64,000 nucleotides of DNA from Myxococcota bacterium. Its GTDB lineage: Bacteria; Myxococcota_A; UBA9160; UBA6930. Where the stretch lies: contig OZ245002.1 in the NCBI GenBank assembly GCA_965223415.1, forward strand, positions 5,280,001 through 5,344,000. The letters run 5' to 3'. Positions 9,962 to 21,887 of the stretch are shown here, piece after piece (the stretch's first letter is position 1; each line of letters starts with the position of its first letter). The notes under the pieces were generated by a model, which searched no databases, was not told the DNA's origin, and was given only the letters and a program-made list of their open reading frames with translations. A program made the position numbers and the translations under genes.

Positions 9962-11157
9962 GTCGTGTACTCGGCGTTGATGCGGACGTAGTCGTAGGAG
10001 AGGTCGCAGGTCCAGAAGCGGGCCTTGGCCCGGCCGGCGGCGAGGTGGATGCGGATGGCGATCTCGGGGGCACCCATGCGCCGGCCGGCCCGCTCGCGCG
10101 CCGCCTCGCCGGTGCTGGCGCCCCGCCGGAAGACCGGGACGCCGCACAGGTCGACCCGGGTCCGGGCCAGATCGAGCCGCACCTCCCCGGCCCCGACGGT
10201 CTGGAGGATGCGACCCCAGTTGGGGTCGCGGCCGAAGAGCGCGGTCTTGACCAGCATCGAGTTGGCGATGCGGCGGCCGGCGCGCTCCGCCTCGGCCGGG
10301 CTCTGGGCCCCGGTCACCTCGACGGTCACCAGCTTCGTCGCGCCTTCCCCGTCCCGGGCCAGGCCCTGAGCCAGCTCCGTGCAGAGCGTGTGCAGCCCCT
10401 CCTGCAGGCGGCGGCCCGCCGCGCCGCGGGCGCTGCGCAGGGGGCGCGCGCCGCAGGCGCCGTTGGCCAGCAGGATCGCCGTGTCGCTCGTCGACGTCTC
10501 CCCGTCGATCGTGACCCGATTGAAGGTGTCGTCGGCGACCTCGCGCCACATCCCGCGCAGGAGGTCGGGCTCGATGGCAGCGTCGGTCACCGCGAAGGCG
10601 AGCATCGTCGCCATGCGGGGCTCGAGCATCCCGGAGCCCTTCGCCATACCGGCGATGTTGACCATCGCCTCGCCGACCCGCAGGCGCCGATGGGCGACCT
10701 TGGCAACGGTGTCGGTCGTCAGGATCGCCTCCGCCGCTGCCGCCAGGCCGTCCGGATCGAGGGCGGCGGCCAGCTGCGGGATGCCGCGCTCGATCCTCCC
10801 CATCGGAAGCCGCACGCCGATCACCCCCGTGGACGCGGTGAGCACGTCGCGCGCCTCGCAGCCGACGGCCTTCGCGGCCGCCGCCGCCATCACCAACGCG
10901 TCCTGCTCGCCCCGCTCGCCCATCGCCACGTTCGCGTTGCCGGCGTTCGCGACGATGCCCCGCGCCCGGCCCCCGCGCAGGTGGCGCTTCGCGACCACCA
11001 CCGGTGCGCCGGGCACGGTCGAGCGCGTGAAGACGCCGGCGGCGGCGGCTGGACGATCGCTCACGATCAGCGCCAGGTCGCGGGCCCCATCGTCCTTGAT
11101 CCCGCAGTGCACGCCCGCGAACGCGAATCCGCGAACGCGGCGGGCTCGAGCCGCCAT
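9958..11157 (-). CDS. argJ: Bifunctional glutamate N-acetyltransferase / amino-acid acetyltransferase
   Basis: NAGNAN, ASTGVIG, ILTTDT, AKGSGM.EPRMATML, DGETSTSDT, RDGEGATK, WTCDLSYDYVRINAEYTT. Confidence 0.97.
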   Translation of the reverse strand: MAARARRVRGFAFAGVHCGIKDDGARDLALIVSDRPAAAAGVFTRSTVPGAPVVVAKRHLRGGRARGIVANAGNANVAMGERGEQDALVMAAAAAKAVGCEARDVLTASTGVIGVRLPMGRIERGIPQLAAALDPDGLAAAAEAILTTDTVAKVAHRRLRVGEAMVNIAGMAKGSGMLEPRMATMLAFAVTDAAIEPDLLRGMWREVADDTFNRVTIDGETSTSDTAILLANGACGARPLRSARGAAGRRLQEGLHTLCTELAQGLARDGEGATKLVTVEVTGAQSPAEAERAGRRIANSMLVKTALFGRDPNWGRILQTVGAGEVRLDLARTRVDLCGVPVFRRGASTGEAARERAGRRMGAPEIAIRIHLAAGRAKARFWTCDLSYDYVRINAEYTT

Positions 11158-11196
11158 CAGCTCCCTACGCGGCGGGCTCGCGGAGCCATCAGCTCC

Positions 11197-11202
<6 letters not shown>
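11135..11202. repeat. 32-bp tandem duplication (29/32 identical) spanning the argJ RBS/start
   Basis: ACGCGGCGGGCTCGAGCCGCCATCAGCTCCCT (11135-11166) and ACGCGGCGGGCTCGCGGAGCCATCAGCTCCCT (11167-11198), then ACGC. Confidence 0.85.
11157..11189 (-). CDS. Putative 10-aa upstream ORF MAPRARRVGS coupled to argJ
   Basis: GGGAG SD plus ATG at 11189. Its TGA (11159-11157) overlaps the argJ ATG (TGATG). Confidence 0.4.
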   Translation of the reverse strand: MAPRARRVGS

Positions 11203-13950
<2,748 letters not shown>

Positions 13951-14024
13951 CAGCGGGCACCCGGCTCCCTCGGGGGTGAGGGACGGAGGTTACGGGAGGG
14001 GTCTTGGGGGGGCCACCCGACGCA

Positions 14025-14357
14025 TCACGGGCGCGCGAACCGCAGGCGAAGCTTGCCGATCTGGATCTCGTCGCCGTCGCCAAGGACGCGGCGTTCGTGC
14101 TTCTTGCCGTTCACCAGCGTGCCGTTCGTGCTCCCCAGGTCTTCGACGAAGAAGCCGTCCGCGGCCACCCAGCCGATGGCGGCGTGGGCCCGGGAGATGG
14201 TCGGCTCGGCCAGGACCGCGTCGGCGGTGCGGCCGCGGCCGATCACGAACCAGTCGCTCTCGACCGGGATCTCGAGGCCTTCGTAGAAGCCGCGCAGGAC
14301 CGTGATCGAAGCGCCCATCGGCATCCGCCCCGCGGCCTGTGCTGCTTCCGTCGCCAT
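14025..14357 (-). CDS. Stand-alone FHA domain protein
   Basis: IGR...ISRAHA...VEDLGSTNGTLVNG...LGDGDEIQIG. Start uncertain. Confidence 0.88.
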   Translation of the reverse strand: MATEAAQAAGRMPMGASITVLRGFYEGLEIPVESDWFVIGRGRTADAVLAEPTISRAHAAIGWVAADGFFVEDLGSTNGTLVNGKKHERRVLGDGDEIQIGKLRLRFARP

Positions 14358-14447
14358 CCAGGGATCCCCATGCCCATCGGCCGCGCGGGCCAGCCCCCGG
14401 GGCCTTCATCGGAGTGGACCGGGGCGGACTTGACCGGGGCAGCCCGG

Positions 14448-16181
14448 CTACTGGCGCCGGGTGCGTCGCTTTCCCTTCGGCGAGGCACCCTGAGCGCCCT
14501 TCAGGAGCGACCGCGCGTGCTCCCGAGTCTCGTCCCCCGGCGCCTCCCCGCCGGCCATGCGGGCGACCTCCTCGACCCGCCCCTCGTCGTCCAGGGCCTC
14601 CACCCGGCTCACGGTGCGGCCGCCGGCCTGGCCCTTCGCGACCCGGAAGTGGCTTGCCGGCTGGGCGGCGATCTGGGGCAGGTGGGTGATGCACAGCACC
14701 TGGTGCTCCCGGGCCAGGGAGGCCAGCACGCCACCGACTCGCTCGGCGACCGCGCCGCCGATGCCGGCGTCGACCTCGTCGAACACCAGCACCATGCCCT
14801 GGGTCGTCTCACGCAGCACGTTCTTCAGGGCCAGGAAGATCCGCGAGAGCTCGCCGCCGGACGCGACCTTGCGCAGCGGCCGCGGCGCCTCGCCCTCGTT
14901 GGCGGAGAACAGGATCTCCGCGCTCTCCGCGCCGCTCGGGCCGCACGGCACACCCGGCTCTGGGGGCACCGGCGCGAGCGCCACCTCGACCCGCGCCTGG
15001 GCCAGGGCCAGCTCGCGCACCCCCGTCTCGGCGGCCTCGGCCAGGGCCTTGGCGGCCTTGCGGCGCGCCCGGCTGAGCTTGGCCGCACGCTTGGCGAGCT
15101 TGTCGTGGAGAGCGGCCTGCTCGCTCTCGAGCTTGCCCATGCGCTCGTCGCTGCTGCCGAGGGCCGCGAGCTCCAACGCCGCCTGCTCGCGAAAGGCCAG
15201 GATGTCCTCGACCCGCGCGCCGTACTTGCGCTTCAGCCGCTCGAGGCCCTCGATGCGCTCCTCGACGAAGGCCAGGCGGGCCGGATCCGCGTCGATCCGC
15301 CCCGTGTAGCGCTCGAGGTCCCGGGCCAGGTCGGCGAGCTCCGCGGCCGCCCCCGCCAGGCGCTCGGCGGCCTCGCCCAGCTCCGGATCCAGCTCGGACA
15401 GGGCGGCCAGGGTGCGCTGGGCCTCGGCCAGGCGATCGCCCACCGCTGCCGCCTCGCCACCGGAGGGGTCGCCGGCGAGGGCGGCGACGACACCGCTCGC
15501 CTCGCCGGCCAGGCGTTCCGCGTGCACGAGGCGCCGGTGCTCCGCTTCCAGCTCCGTAGTCTCCGCCGGGTCGAGACCGGCCTCGTCGATCTCCTTCACC
15601 TGGAAGGCGAGGAAGTCCTCGCGCCGGGCCCGCTCCTCGGCCTCGGTGCGCAGGGCCTCGAGCTCGGCCCGCCCGGCCCGCAGCTCGTGCACGCCCTCCT
15701 CCACGGCCCGGCGATCGCCCTGCAAGCCGCCGTGGTGATCGAGCAGGCGTCCCTGGGTCTCGGCCCGCAGCAGCGCCTGGGACGCGTGCTGACTCGACAC
15801 CTCGATGCGTCCCGCGAAGAGCTCGGCGAGCGTCGAGATGGGAACCAGGCGGCCGCCGACCCAGGCCCGCCCCCGCCCGTTGCGTTGGAGGCTGCGCCGT
15901 ACGATCAACGCGCCGTCCTCGTCCTCGAGTCCGCGTTCGGCGAGCGCCTCCGCGAGCTCGGGCTGGCCGCCGATCCCGAAGACCGCCTCGACCACCGCCT
16001 GGTCGGCGCCCTCGCGGATCGCCTCGCGATCGGCCCTGGCCCCGGCCAGCAGCGCGAGCGCGCCCAGCACGATCGACTTGCCGGCACCGGTCTCGCCGGT
16101 GAGCACGTTGAGCCCCGGGCCGAACTCGAGCTCCAGCGCGTCGACCAGGGCGAGCTGCTCGATGCGAAGCCGCTCGATCAA
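14448..16181 (-). CDS. recN: DNA repair protein RecN
   Basis: TGETGAGKS, long coiled coil, ASGGELSR, FDEVDAGIGG, CITHLPQIAA. TTG start with a GGAGG SD. Confidence 0.97.
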   Translation of the reverse strand: MIERLRIEQLALVDALELEFGPGLNVLTGETGAGKSIVLGALALLAGARADREAIREGADQAVVEAVFGIGGQPELAEALAERGLEDEDGALIVRRSLQRNGRGRAWVGGRLVPISTLAELFAGRIEVSSQHASQALLRAETQGRLLDHHGGLQGDRRAVEEGVHELRAGRAELEALRTEAEERARREDFLAFQVKEIDEAGLDPAETTELEAEHRRLVHAERLAGEASGVVAALAGDPSGGEAAAVGDRLAEAQRTLAALSELDPELGEAAERLAGAAAELADLARDLERYTGRIDADPARLAFVEERIEGLERLKRKYGARVEDILAFREQAALELAALGSSDERMGKLESEQAALHDKLAKRAAKLSRARRKAAKALAEAAETGVRELALAQARVEVALAPVPPEPGVPCGPSGAESAEILFSANEGEAPRPLRKVASGGELSRIFLALKNVLRETTQGMVLVFDEVDAGIGGAVAERVGGVLASLAREHQVLCITHLPQIAAQPASHFRVAKGQAGGRTVSRVEALDDEGRVEEVARMAGGEAPGDETREHARSLLKGAQGASPKGKRRTRRQ

Positions 16182-16200
16182 GCCTCCCCCCGTTCTTCGC

Positions 16201-17070
16201 TCAAGCCTTGCCCCAGCCGAGCTTGGTTCGCAGCACGTCGAAGCGGGAGCGGAAGGGCGAGACGACGAAGTGGGCCGGGTGCTCGGAGCCCTGCACCTCG
16301 ACCCGGTCGTCGGTCTCCAGGGTCACCGCCACCTGGCCGTCGAGGGTGAGATTGGCGGTGCCGTCGCGGGGGAAGACGCGGATCTCGAGACGGGAGGTGT
16401 CCGGCACCACCACCGGGCGCTGGGACAGGCCGTGTGGACAGATCGGCGTGAGCACCAGGGCGCGGGAGCCGGGCATCAGGATGGGCCCGCCCGCGGAGAG
16501 GGTGTAGGCGGTGGAGCCGGTCGGTGTGGCGACGATCAGGCCGTCGCCGCGGTAGGTCGTCACCGGCGCGCCGTCGGTCCAGGTCTCGAGGTCGATCATC
16601 CGCGAGAGATCGCTGCGGTTGATGACGGCGTCGTTCAGGGCGAGCGATTGGATCAGCACGCGCTCGCCGCGGAGGGCCCGCACCTGGAGCCGGGTGCGGG
16701 GCACGACGTCGAAGTCGCCGGCCAGCACCCGCCCGAGTACCGCATCGAGCTCTTCCGGCGCGACTTCGGCGAGGAAGCCCAGCGCGCCCTGGTTCACGCC
16801 GAGGATGGGCACGGGGCGCGAGCCGGCCTCCCGCGCCACGGCCAGGAGGGTGCCGTCGCCGCCGACGACGATCAGCAGGTCCGCCTTCTCCGCGAGGGCG
16901 GCTCGCGCCACACCCTCGCCGCCCAGCAGCTCCGCGGCCTGGGGATCGAGCAGGGCCTCGACGCCCCGGGCCGCGAGCTCCGCGAGGAGGTGCCCAGCCA
17001 CCTCCCCGGCATCGCGCGCCGCCGGTTTCAGGCACACGCCGACCGTCCGCACCGGAGAGCGGGCCGTCAT
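16201..17070 (-). CDS. nadK: NAD+ kinase
   Basis: GGDGTLL, GALGFLA, LND, DGLIVATPTGSTAY.LSAGGP, TPICPH. Adjacent to recN as is usual. Confidence 0.96.
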   Translation of the reverse strand: MTARSPVRTVGVCLKPAARDAGEVAGHLLAELAARGVEALLDPQAAELLGGEGVARAALAEKADLLIVVGGDGTLLAVAREAGSRPVPILGVNQGALGFLAEVAPEELDAVLGRVLAGDFDVVPRTRLQVRALRGERVLIQSLALNDAVINRSDLSRMIDLETWTDGAPVTTYRGDGLIVATPTGSTAYTLSAGGPILMPGSRALVLTPICPHGLSQRPVVVPDTSRLEIRVFPRDGTANLTLDGQVAVTLETDDRVEVQGSEHPAHFVVSPFRSRFDVLRTKLGWGKA

Positions 17071-17245
17071 CGGCTCCCTCCCGACACGGCTTCCATCCCG
17101 CGACTGCCCGACGCCACCGTCACCCGGCCTCCTGCCCGTTCGTCAGCTTCCCAAGAGTAGGGAACCCGGGCGTCGGCCCGCCTCGGCCGACGCCCGCAAT
17201 GCGGCCGACGGAACCGGCCCCGAACGCAACGGGCCGCGGGGGCTC

Positions 17246-17707
17246 CTAGCGGTAGTAGGGCGCGAGCTTGATCAGGGCCGTGCCGACAGGAGTGATCTTG
17301 GCGAAGACCGCCTCCGGGATCAGGGCCCGCCGGCCGTTCTCGGCGGCGTCGTTGCGCAGCAGCTCGATGCGCTTGAAGCGCGGAAGGGTCGCTTCCTTGC
17401 CCTCGCCGTTCGCCAGGCTCGCAGCGAGGCCACGAGAGGCGCTCGCCAGCATGCGCACGTCGTCCTTGGCCCGGTACCAGCTGGCCTGGTTGGCCGGGTC
17501 GAGGTTGTCCGGGAGCTTGGCAATGGCGTCGTCCAGGGCCGCGCAGGCGTCGGCGAGCTCCTGGGCGTAGCTGGTGAGCCGCTCCTGGTTCCAGTTGGCG
17601 ACGGGTTCATCGCCCTGGGCCCAGCCGGCGCCGGCCGCCCCCAGCAGCACGAGGCCCGCACCCAGGGCCAGGACGCTCCGCAGGTGCCTTCGCATTCCGA
17701 TGGGCAT
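17246..17707 (-). CDS. Hypothetical secreted helical protein
   Basis: Strong GGAGGAGGAG SD, a signal-peptide-like N-terminus (RRHLRSVLALGAGLVLLGAAGAGWA) and normal codon bias. No recognisable family. Confidence 0.7.
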   Translation of the reverse strand: MPIGMRRHLRSVLALGAGLVLLGAAGAGWAQGDEPVANWNQERLTSYAQELADACAALDDAIAKLPDNLDPANQASWYRAKDDVRMLASASRGLAASLANGEGKEATLPRFKRIELLRNDAAENGRRALIPEAVFAKITPVGTALIKLAPYYR

Positions 17708-17745
17708 CACTCCTCCTCCTCCCCTGATCCGGGGACCTCACCCTA

Positions 17746-18993
17746 TCACGGCTGCGATGTGGTGCGCAGCGACGGCTCGGCGTCCGCAGCCTGGGGACCG
17801 GGCTCGGGCTCCGCCCGGATCTCGAGGGAACGGCGGTCCCGCTGCCGCCCGCGTTCGATCTCCGCCCACATCTCGAGCTCGCGGGTCCGGCGCCGCAGGG
17901 CCTGGAGGCGCCGTTCGAGGAGAGCGCGGTCGCCGATCCCGCCGACCCGAAGCTCGACCGTCCGCTCGACGACGTCCCTTCGGCCGTCGACCCGCCTCGC
18001 CTCGACGCGCAGACGGTTGCGCCCCTCCGCCAGGCGAACGAGGCCGTCGAAGCTGCCGTCCGGAAACGTGCGCACCGCGCGAGCGGGCTCGCCGGTGGTG
18101 GCGTTGCGGATCTCCAGGCCTGCCAGCTCGACGAGATCGAGGCGACGGAGCACCGTCGCCACCTCTGCAGGCGATTCCACCCGCTGCATCCGCCCGCCGC
18201 TGCCCCGGGCCATGGCGTCGAGGGTCGCCTCGGCCTCGAGGGCACGAGGACCGATCGCGAAGGGGAACACGCGGATGCCCCGCCCGCCGGCCTCCCGGGC
18301 CGCCTGCCGGGCGTGGTAGGCGGGTCCGTCGGCGATGGGCAGGGTGGGCTTCCCGTCGGTGAGGAGCACGATGAACCGCTCACGCTCCGAGAGGGGCTGG
18401 TCGTCCGGCGCCAGGGCCGCGGTGGCGAGTCGCACCGCGCCGGCCAGGTTCGTGCCCCGCAGCCAACGGGGCGCGGCGAGCCGGATCTCGTCGAGGGCGC
18501 GACGCAGGGCCACCGGCGGGGTGCCGAGAGGCGCCACCCAGCTCGCGTCGTCGGAGAAGACGACGAGGCCCACGCGGAAGCGACGCGGATCGAGCCGCTC
18601 GATCAGGGCGGCGGTCGCCTCCAGCTCGGCGGCCAGGATCGAGTCCTCCAGGTCGAGGCCTCCTTCGAGGCGCACCGCCAGACGCGGGGGCACGTTGCCG
18701 CGCTTCTCCAGGCCGGCGAGCCACGCGGGATCGGTCCGGCCGTCGGCGCCGTCCCCGTCCAGATCGGCGCCGCTCGGATGCAGCGTGCTGTCCGAGAGGT
18801 CGAGGGCCACGACCAGGTCGAAGCCGGCGCCGCCCCGGGAGCCCGCCCGCCCCGTCACCTCGAAGAGCGCCACGTCCTGCACCCGCTCCCGGGGCGCCGG
18901 CGCCACCACCTCCAGCCAGGCGCTGCCAGCGGCGCCCGGCCCGGCGACGCCGAGCACGAGGGCACAGCCGATCAGCCGAAGCCGAGACGTCAT
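17746..18993 (-). CDS. Secreted von Willebrand factor A domain protein
   Basis: Signal peptide, MIDAS DLSDS ... GTN ... LLTDG, beta-rich flanks (VRLAEGRNRLRVEAR) and a C-terminal coiled segment. Confidence 0.8.
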   Translation of the reverse strand: MTSRLRLIGCALVLGVAGPGAAGSAWLEVVAPAPRERVQDVALFEVTGRAGSRGGAGFDLVVALDLSDSTLHPSGADLDGDGADGRTDPAWLAGLEKRGNVPPRLAVRLEGGLDLEDSILAAELEATAALIERLDPRRFRVGLVVFSDDASWVAPLGTPPVALRRALDEIRLAAPRWLRGTNLAGAVRLATAALAPDDQPLSERERFIVLLTDGKPTLPIADGPAYHARQAAREAGGRGIRVFPFAIGPRALEAEATLDAMARGSGGRMQRVESPAEVATVLRRLDLVELAGLEIRNATTGEPARAVRTFPDGSFDGLVRLAEGRNRLRVEARRVDGRRDVVERTVELRVGGIGDRALLERRLQALRRRTRELEMWAEIERGRQRDRRSLEIRAEPEPGPQAADAEPSLRTTSQP

Positions 18994-19043
18994 GGCCGGC
19001 GCTACCCCCGATGGATGAAACCCTACGCGATAGAGTAGGCCCC

Positions 19044-20423
19044 ATGGGCGACGGCGACTCCCTCGATCTGTTCCCGGACGAGCGCCGCGCGCCCGAGCCC
19101 GCCGCGCGGGAGGAGCGGGGCCAGCCGGCCCGGCCCCTGGCCGAACGCATGCGACCGCGGACCCTCGACGAGGTGGTCGGGCAAGAGGCCCTGCTCGCGC
19201 CGGGAGCGCCCCTGCGCACCCTGATCGAGCGGGGCGAGCTGCCGTCCCTCCTGCTGTGGGGGCCGCCGGGAACCGGCAAGACCACCCTGGCCCGCCTGCT
19301 GGCCCGGGGCCCGGAGACCGACTTCGTCGCCCTTTCGGCGGTGGTGGCCGGCCTGAAGGACGTGCGGGCGGTGGTCGCGGACGCCGAGCGCGGCCGGCGA
19401 CTCGGCCGCCGCACGGTGCTCTTCCTCGACGAGATCCACCGCTTCAACCGGGCGCAGCAGGACGCGCTGCTCCCCCACGTCGAGGCGGGCACGATCACCC
19501 TGGTCGGTGCCACGACCGAGAACCCCTCCTTCGAGGTGATCGGCCCGCTGCTCTCCCGTACCCGCGTGTTCACCCTGCGCTCCCTCGAGGCGGGCGAGCT
19601 GGTCGATCTCCTGGAACGCGCGCTGGGCGACGAGGAGCGCGGCCTCGGCGGCAGGGGCGTGACCGCCGAGGCCGAGACGATCCGTGCCCTGGCGGACGCC
19701 GCCGGAGGCGATGCGCGACGGGCCCTGGGCATGCTGGAGACCGCCGTCGCCGTCCACGTGGCGGCGGGGAACGAGGGCGCGCTCACGCCGGAAGCCGTCC
19801 GCGATGCGGTCGGTCGACGCATGCTCCTCCACGATCGGGATCGGGAGGAGCACTACAACGTCGTCTCCGCCTTCATCAAGAGCCTCCGGGCCAGCGATCC
19901 GGATGCCTCCCTCTACTACCTGGCGCGCATGCTCGAGGGCGGCGACGACCCGCTCTTCCTGGCCCGTCGCCTGGTGATCTTCGCCTCCGAAGACGTGGGC
20001 AACGCCGATCCGGCTGCCCTGCCCCTGGCCCTGGCCGCGTATCAAACGCTCGAGCGCATCGGCCTGCCCGAGGGCCGACTCACCCTGGCCCAGGCGACCA
20101 CCTACCTGGCGACCGCACCCAAGAGCAACGCCTCGACGCTCGCCCTCGCCCGAGCCGCCGAGGCCGTGCGCACCCACGGCAACGCCCCGGTCCCCCTGCA
20201 CCTCCGGAACGCGCCCACGCCCTTCATGAAGGAGCAGGGCTACGGCGAGGGCTACCGCTACCCCCACGACGAGCCCGCCACCTTCGTCCCCGACCGCAAC
20301 CTCCCGGACGCCGTCGGCGACGCCGAGTTCTACCAGCCGACCGACCGCGGCCACGAAGCCGCCATCGCCGAGCGCCTCACCCGCTGGCGCGCCCGCCGAA
20401 CCCGACCCCGGGGACGTTCCTGA
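19044..20423 (+). CDS. rarA: Replication-associated recombination protein A (MgsA AAA+ ATPase)
   Basis: PLAERMRP, GPPGTGKTT, LDEIHRFNRAQQD, GATTENP, SAFIKSLR, ASEDVGNADP, PKSN, VPLHLRNAPT. Confidence 0.97.
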   Translation: MGDGDSLDLFPDERRAPEPAAREERGQPARPLAERMRPRTLDEVVGQEALLAPGAPLRTLIERGELPSLLLWGPPGTGKTTLARLLARGPETDFVALSAVVAGLKDVRAVVADAERGRRLGRRTVLFLDEIHRFNRAQQDALLPHVEAGTITLVGATTENPSFEVIGPLLSRTRVFTLRSLEAGELVDLLERALGDEERGLGGRGVTAEAETIRALADAAGGDARRALGMLETAVAVHVAAGNEGALTPEAVRDAVGRRMLLHDRDREEHYNVVSAFIKSLRASDPDASLYYLARMLEGGDDPLFLARRLVIFASEDVGNADPAALPLALAAYQTLERIGLPEGRLTLAQATTYLATAPKSNASTLALARAAEAVRTHGNAPVPLHLRNAPTPFMKEQGYGEGYRYPHDEPATFVPDRNLPDAVGDAEFYQPTDRGHEAAIAERLTRWRARRTRPRGRS

Positions 20424-20458
20424 ACGCAACACCGGTGTGGCGTTCGGGACGTCCCGGG
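20407..20458. repeat. Imperfect long inverted repeat with GGGACGT(T/C)CC core; may also act as a bidirectional terminator
   Basis: CCCGGGGACGTTCCTGAACGC-A-ACACCGGTGT-G-GCGTTCGGGACGTCCCGGG lies between the convergent rarA and VOC genes and contains the rarA TGA. Confidence 0.7.
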
Positions 20459-20480
20459 TGTTGTGTCTCCTGCGCCGCGA

Positions 20481-20840
20481 TCAGGCCGGGGCGTGGCAGA
20501 CGACTTCGATGTTGTGTCCGTCGGGGTCGAGGACGAAGGCACCGTAGTAGCTCGGGTGGTACTGGGGGCGGAGGCCCGGGGCACCGTTGTCGCGGCCACC
20601 GGCGGCAATGGCGGCGGCGTGGAAGGCGTCGACGGTCGCCCGGTCCGCGGCCTGGAAGGCCACGTGGACCGGGGTCGGCGGCTCACCCACCTGGATCCAG
20701 AAGAACGGCCGATCGGAGCCGAGCCCGGCTGCCGGACCGAAGTCGGCGAGCACGGTGTAGCGGATGGGGGCGAGCGCCGCGGCGTAGAACGCCTTCGAAC
20801 GCTCCATGTCCGTCACCTGGATTCCGATGTGATCGATCAT
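20481..20840 (-). CDS. VOC/glyoxalase family protein
   Basis: MIDHIGIQV..SKAFY, HVAF.A..VDAFHAAA, GGRDNGAPGLRPQYHP.YYGAFVLDPDGHNIEVV. Confidence 0.93.
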   Translation of the reverse strand: MIDHIGIQVTDMERSKAFYAAALAPIRYTVLADFGPAAGLGSDRPFFWIQVGEPPTPVHVAFQAADRATVDAFHAAAIAAGGRDNGAPGLRPQYHPSYYGAFVLDPDGHNIEVVCHAPA

Positions 20841-20900
20841 GGGAACACGGTAGCCCGTCGCCGGGCGTTCGCCGGATCGCGCCCCGCGCGCCGGCAGCCG

Positions 20901-21881
20901 ATGAGCAGCCCCATGCAGGCGCTCGACCGGCGGCGCATCTTCGAGATCCTCGACCAGGCCCGAACCGGGGATCCGGTGAGCCGCGGCTGCGATCTGGCGT
21001 TGGTCTCGCTGATCGTCCTGAACGTCGCTGCGGCGATCGCGGAGTCGATCCCAGCGGTGGGCGTCCGCTACGCCGCTGCCTTCGCCGGCTTCGAGCTGCT
21101 CTCGGTGATGGTCTTCTCGGTCGAGTACGTGCTGCGCGTGACCACCATCGTCGACGGTCCGGACCCGCGCTTCCACCACCCGCTGAAGGGGCGGCTCCGC
21201 TATATGGCGACCCCCATCGCCGTGACGGACCTCCTCGCCTTCCTCCCGTTCTACCTGACGGCGATCGTCAACATCGACCTGCGCATGCTTCGGGTGTTGC
21301 GGCTCATCCGGATCTTCAAGCTCGGACACTACTTCTCGGCGCTCGGCATCGTCCTCGATGTGATCCGCATGGAACGCCGCGCCTTCGGCGCGGCCTACTT
21401 CCTCGTCGTGCTGGGCCTCCTGGCCGCCGCGAGCGGCATCTACGTCTTCGAGCACGACGCCCAGCCCGAGGCCTTCGGCTCGATCCCTGCGGCCCTGTGG
21501 TGGGCCGTGGCCACCCTCACGACCGTCGGCTACGGCGACGTCACCCCGGTCACCCTCGGCGGGCGGGCCTTCGCGACCGCCGTGATGATGCTCGGCATCG
21601 GCGTCGTCGCGCTGCCCACGGGCATCTTCGCCTCCGGCTTCGCCCTCGAGCTCCGCAGTCGCCGCGACGAGTACGCCCGCGAGGTCCGGACGGCCATGGC
21701 CGACGGCATGATCGACAGCGAGGAACGCGCGCACCTCGAAGCGGTGCGGGAATCCCTCGCCCTGACCGAAGAGGCGATCCGTGGCCTCGAACCTCCGGAG
21801 CCCATCCCGCTCGCGACCTGCCCTCATTGCGGCGAGCTGCTGCTTGGACCGGCGAAGGACCCGACGCCTGGCGCTCCCTGA
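20901..21881 (+). CDS. 6TM voltage-gated-type potassium channel (ion transporter)
   Basis: S4-like LRMLRVLRLIRIFKL, pore WWAVATLTTVGYGD, C-terminal CPHCG. Confidence 0.92.
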   Translation: MSSPMQALDRRRIFEILDQARTGDPVSRGCDLALVSLIVLNVAAAIAESIPAVGVRYAAAFAGFELLSVMVFSVEYVLRVTTIVDGPDPRFHHPLKGRLRYMATPIAVTDLLAFLPFYLTAIVNIDLRMLRVLRLIRIFKLGHYFSALGIVLDVIRMERRAFGAAYFLVVLGLLAAASGIYVFEHDAQPEAFGSIPAALWWAVATLTTVGYGDVTPVTLGGRAFATAVMMLGIGVVALPTGIFASGFALELRSRRDEYAREVRTAMADGMIDSEERAHLEAVRESLALTEEAIRGLEPPEPIPLATCPHCGELLLGPAKDPTPGAP

Positions 21882-21887
21882 CCCGCG

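Noticed and set aside
8574..10073. Apparent 500-aa N-terminal extension of EF-Ts
   Set aside because: It is an off-frame of rpsB. The real tsf start is GTG 8573 with its own SD.
17165..17243. Cluster of short GGCCGACG/CGTCGGCC inverted and direct repeats upstream of nadK
   Set aside because: Too short and GC-rich to separate from chance. There is no regular spacing, so it is neither CRISPR-like nor a clear terminator.
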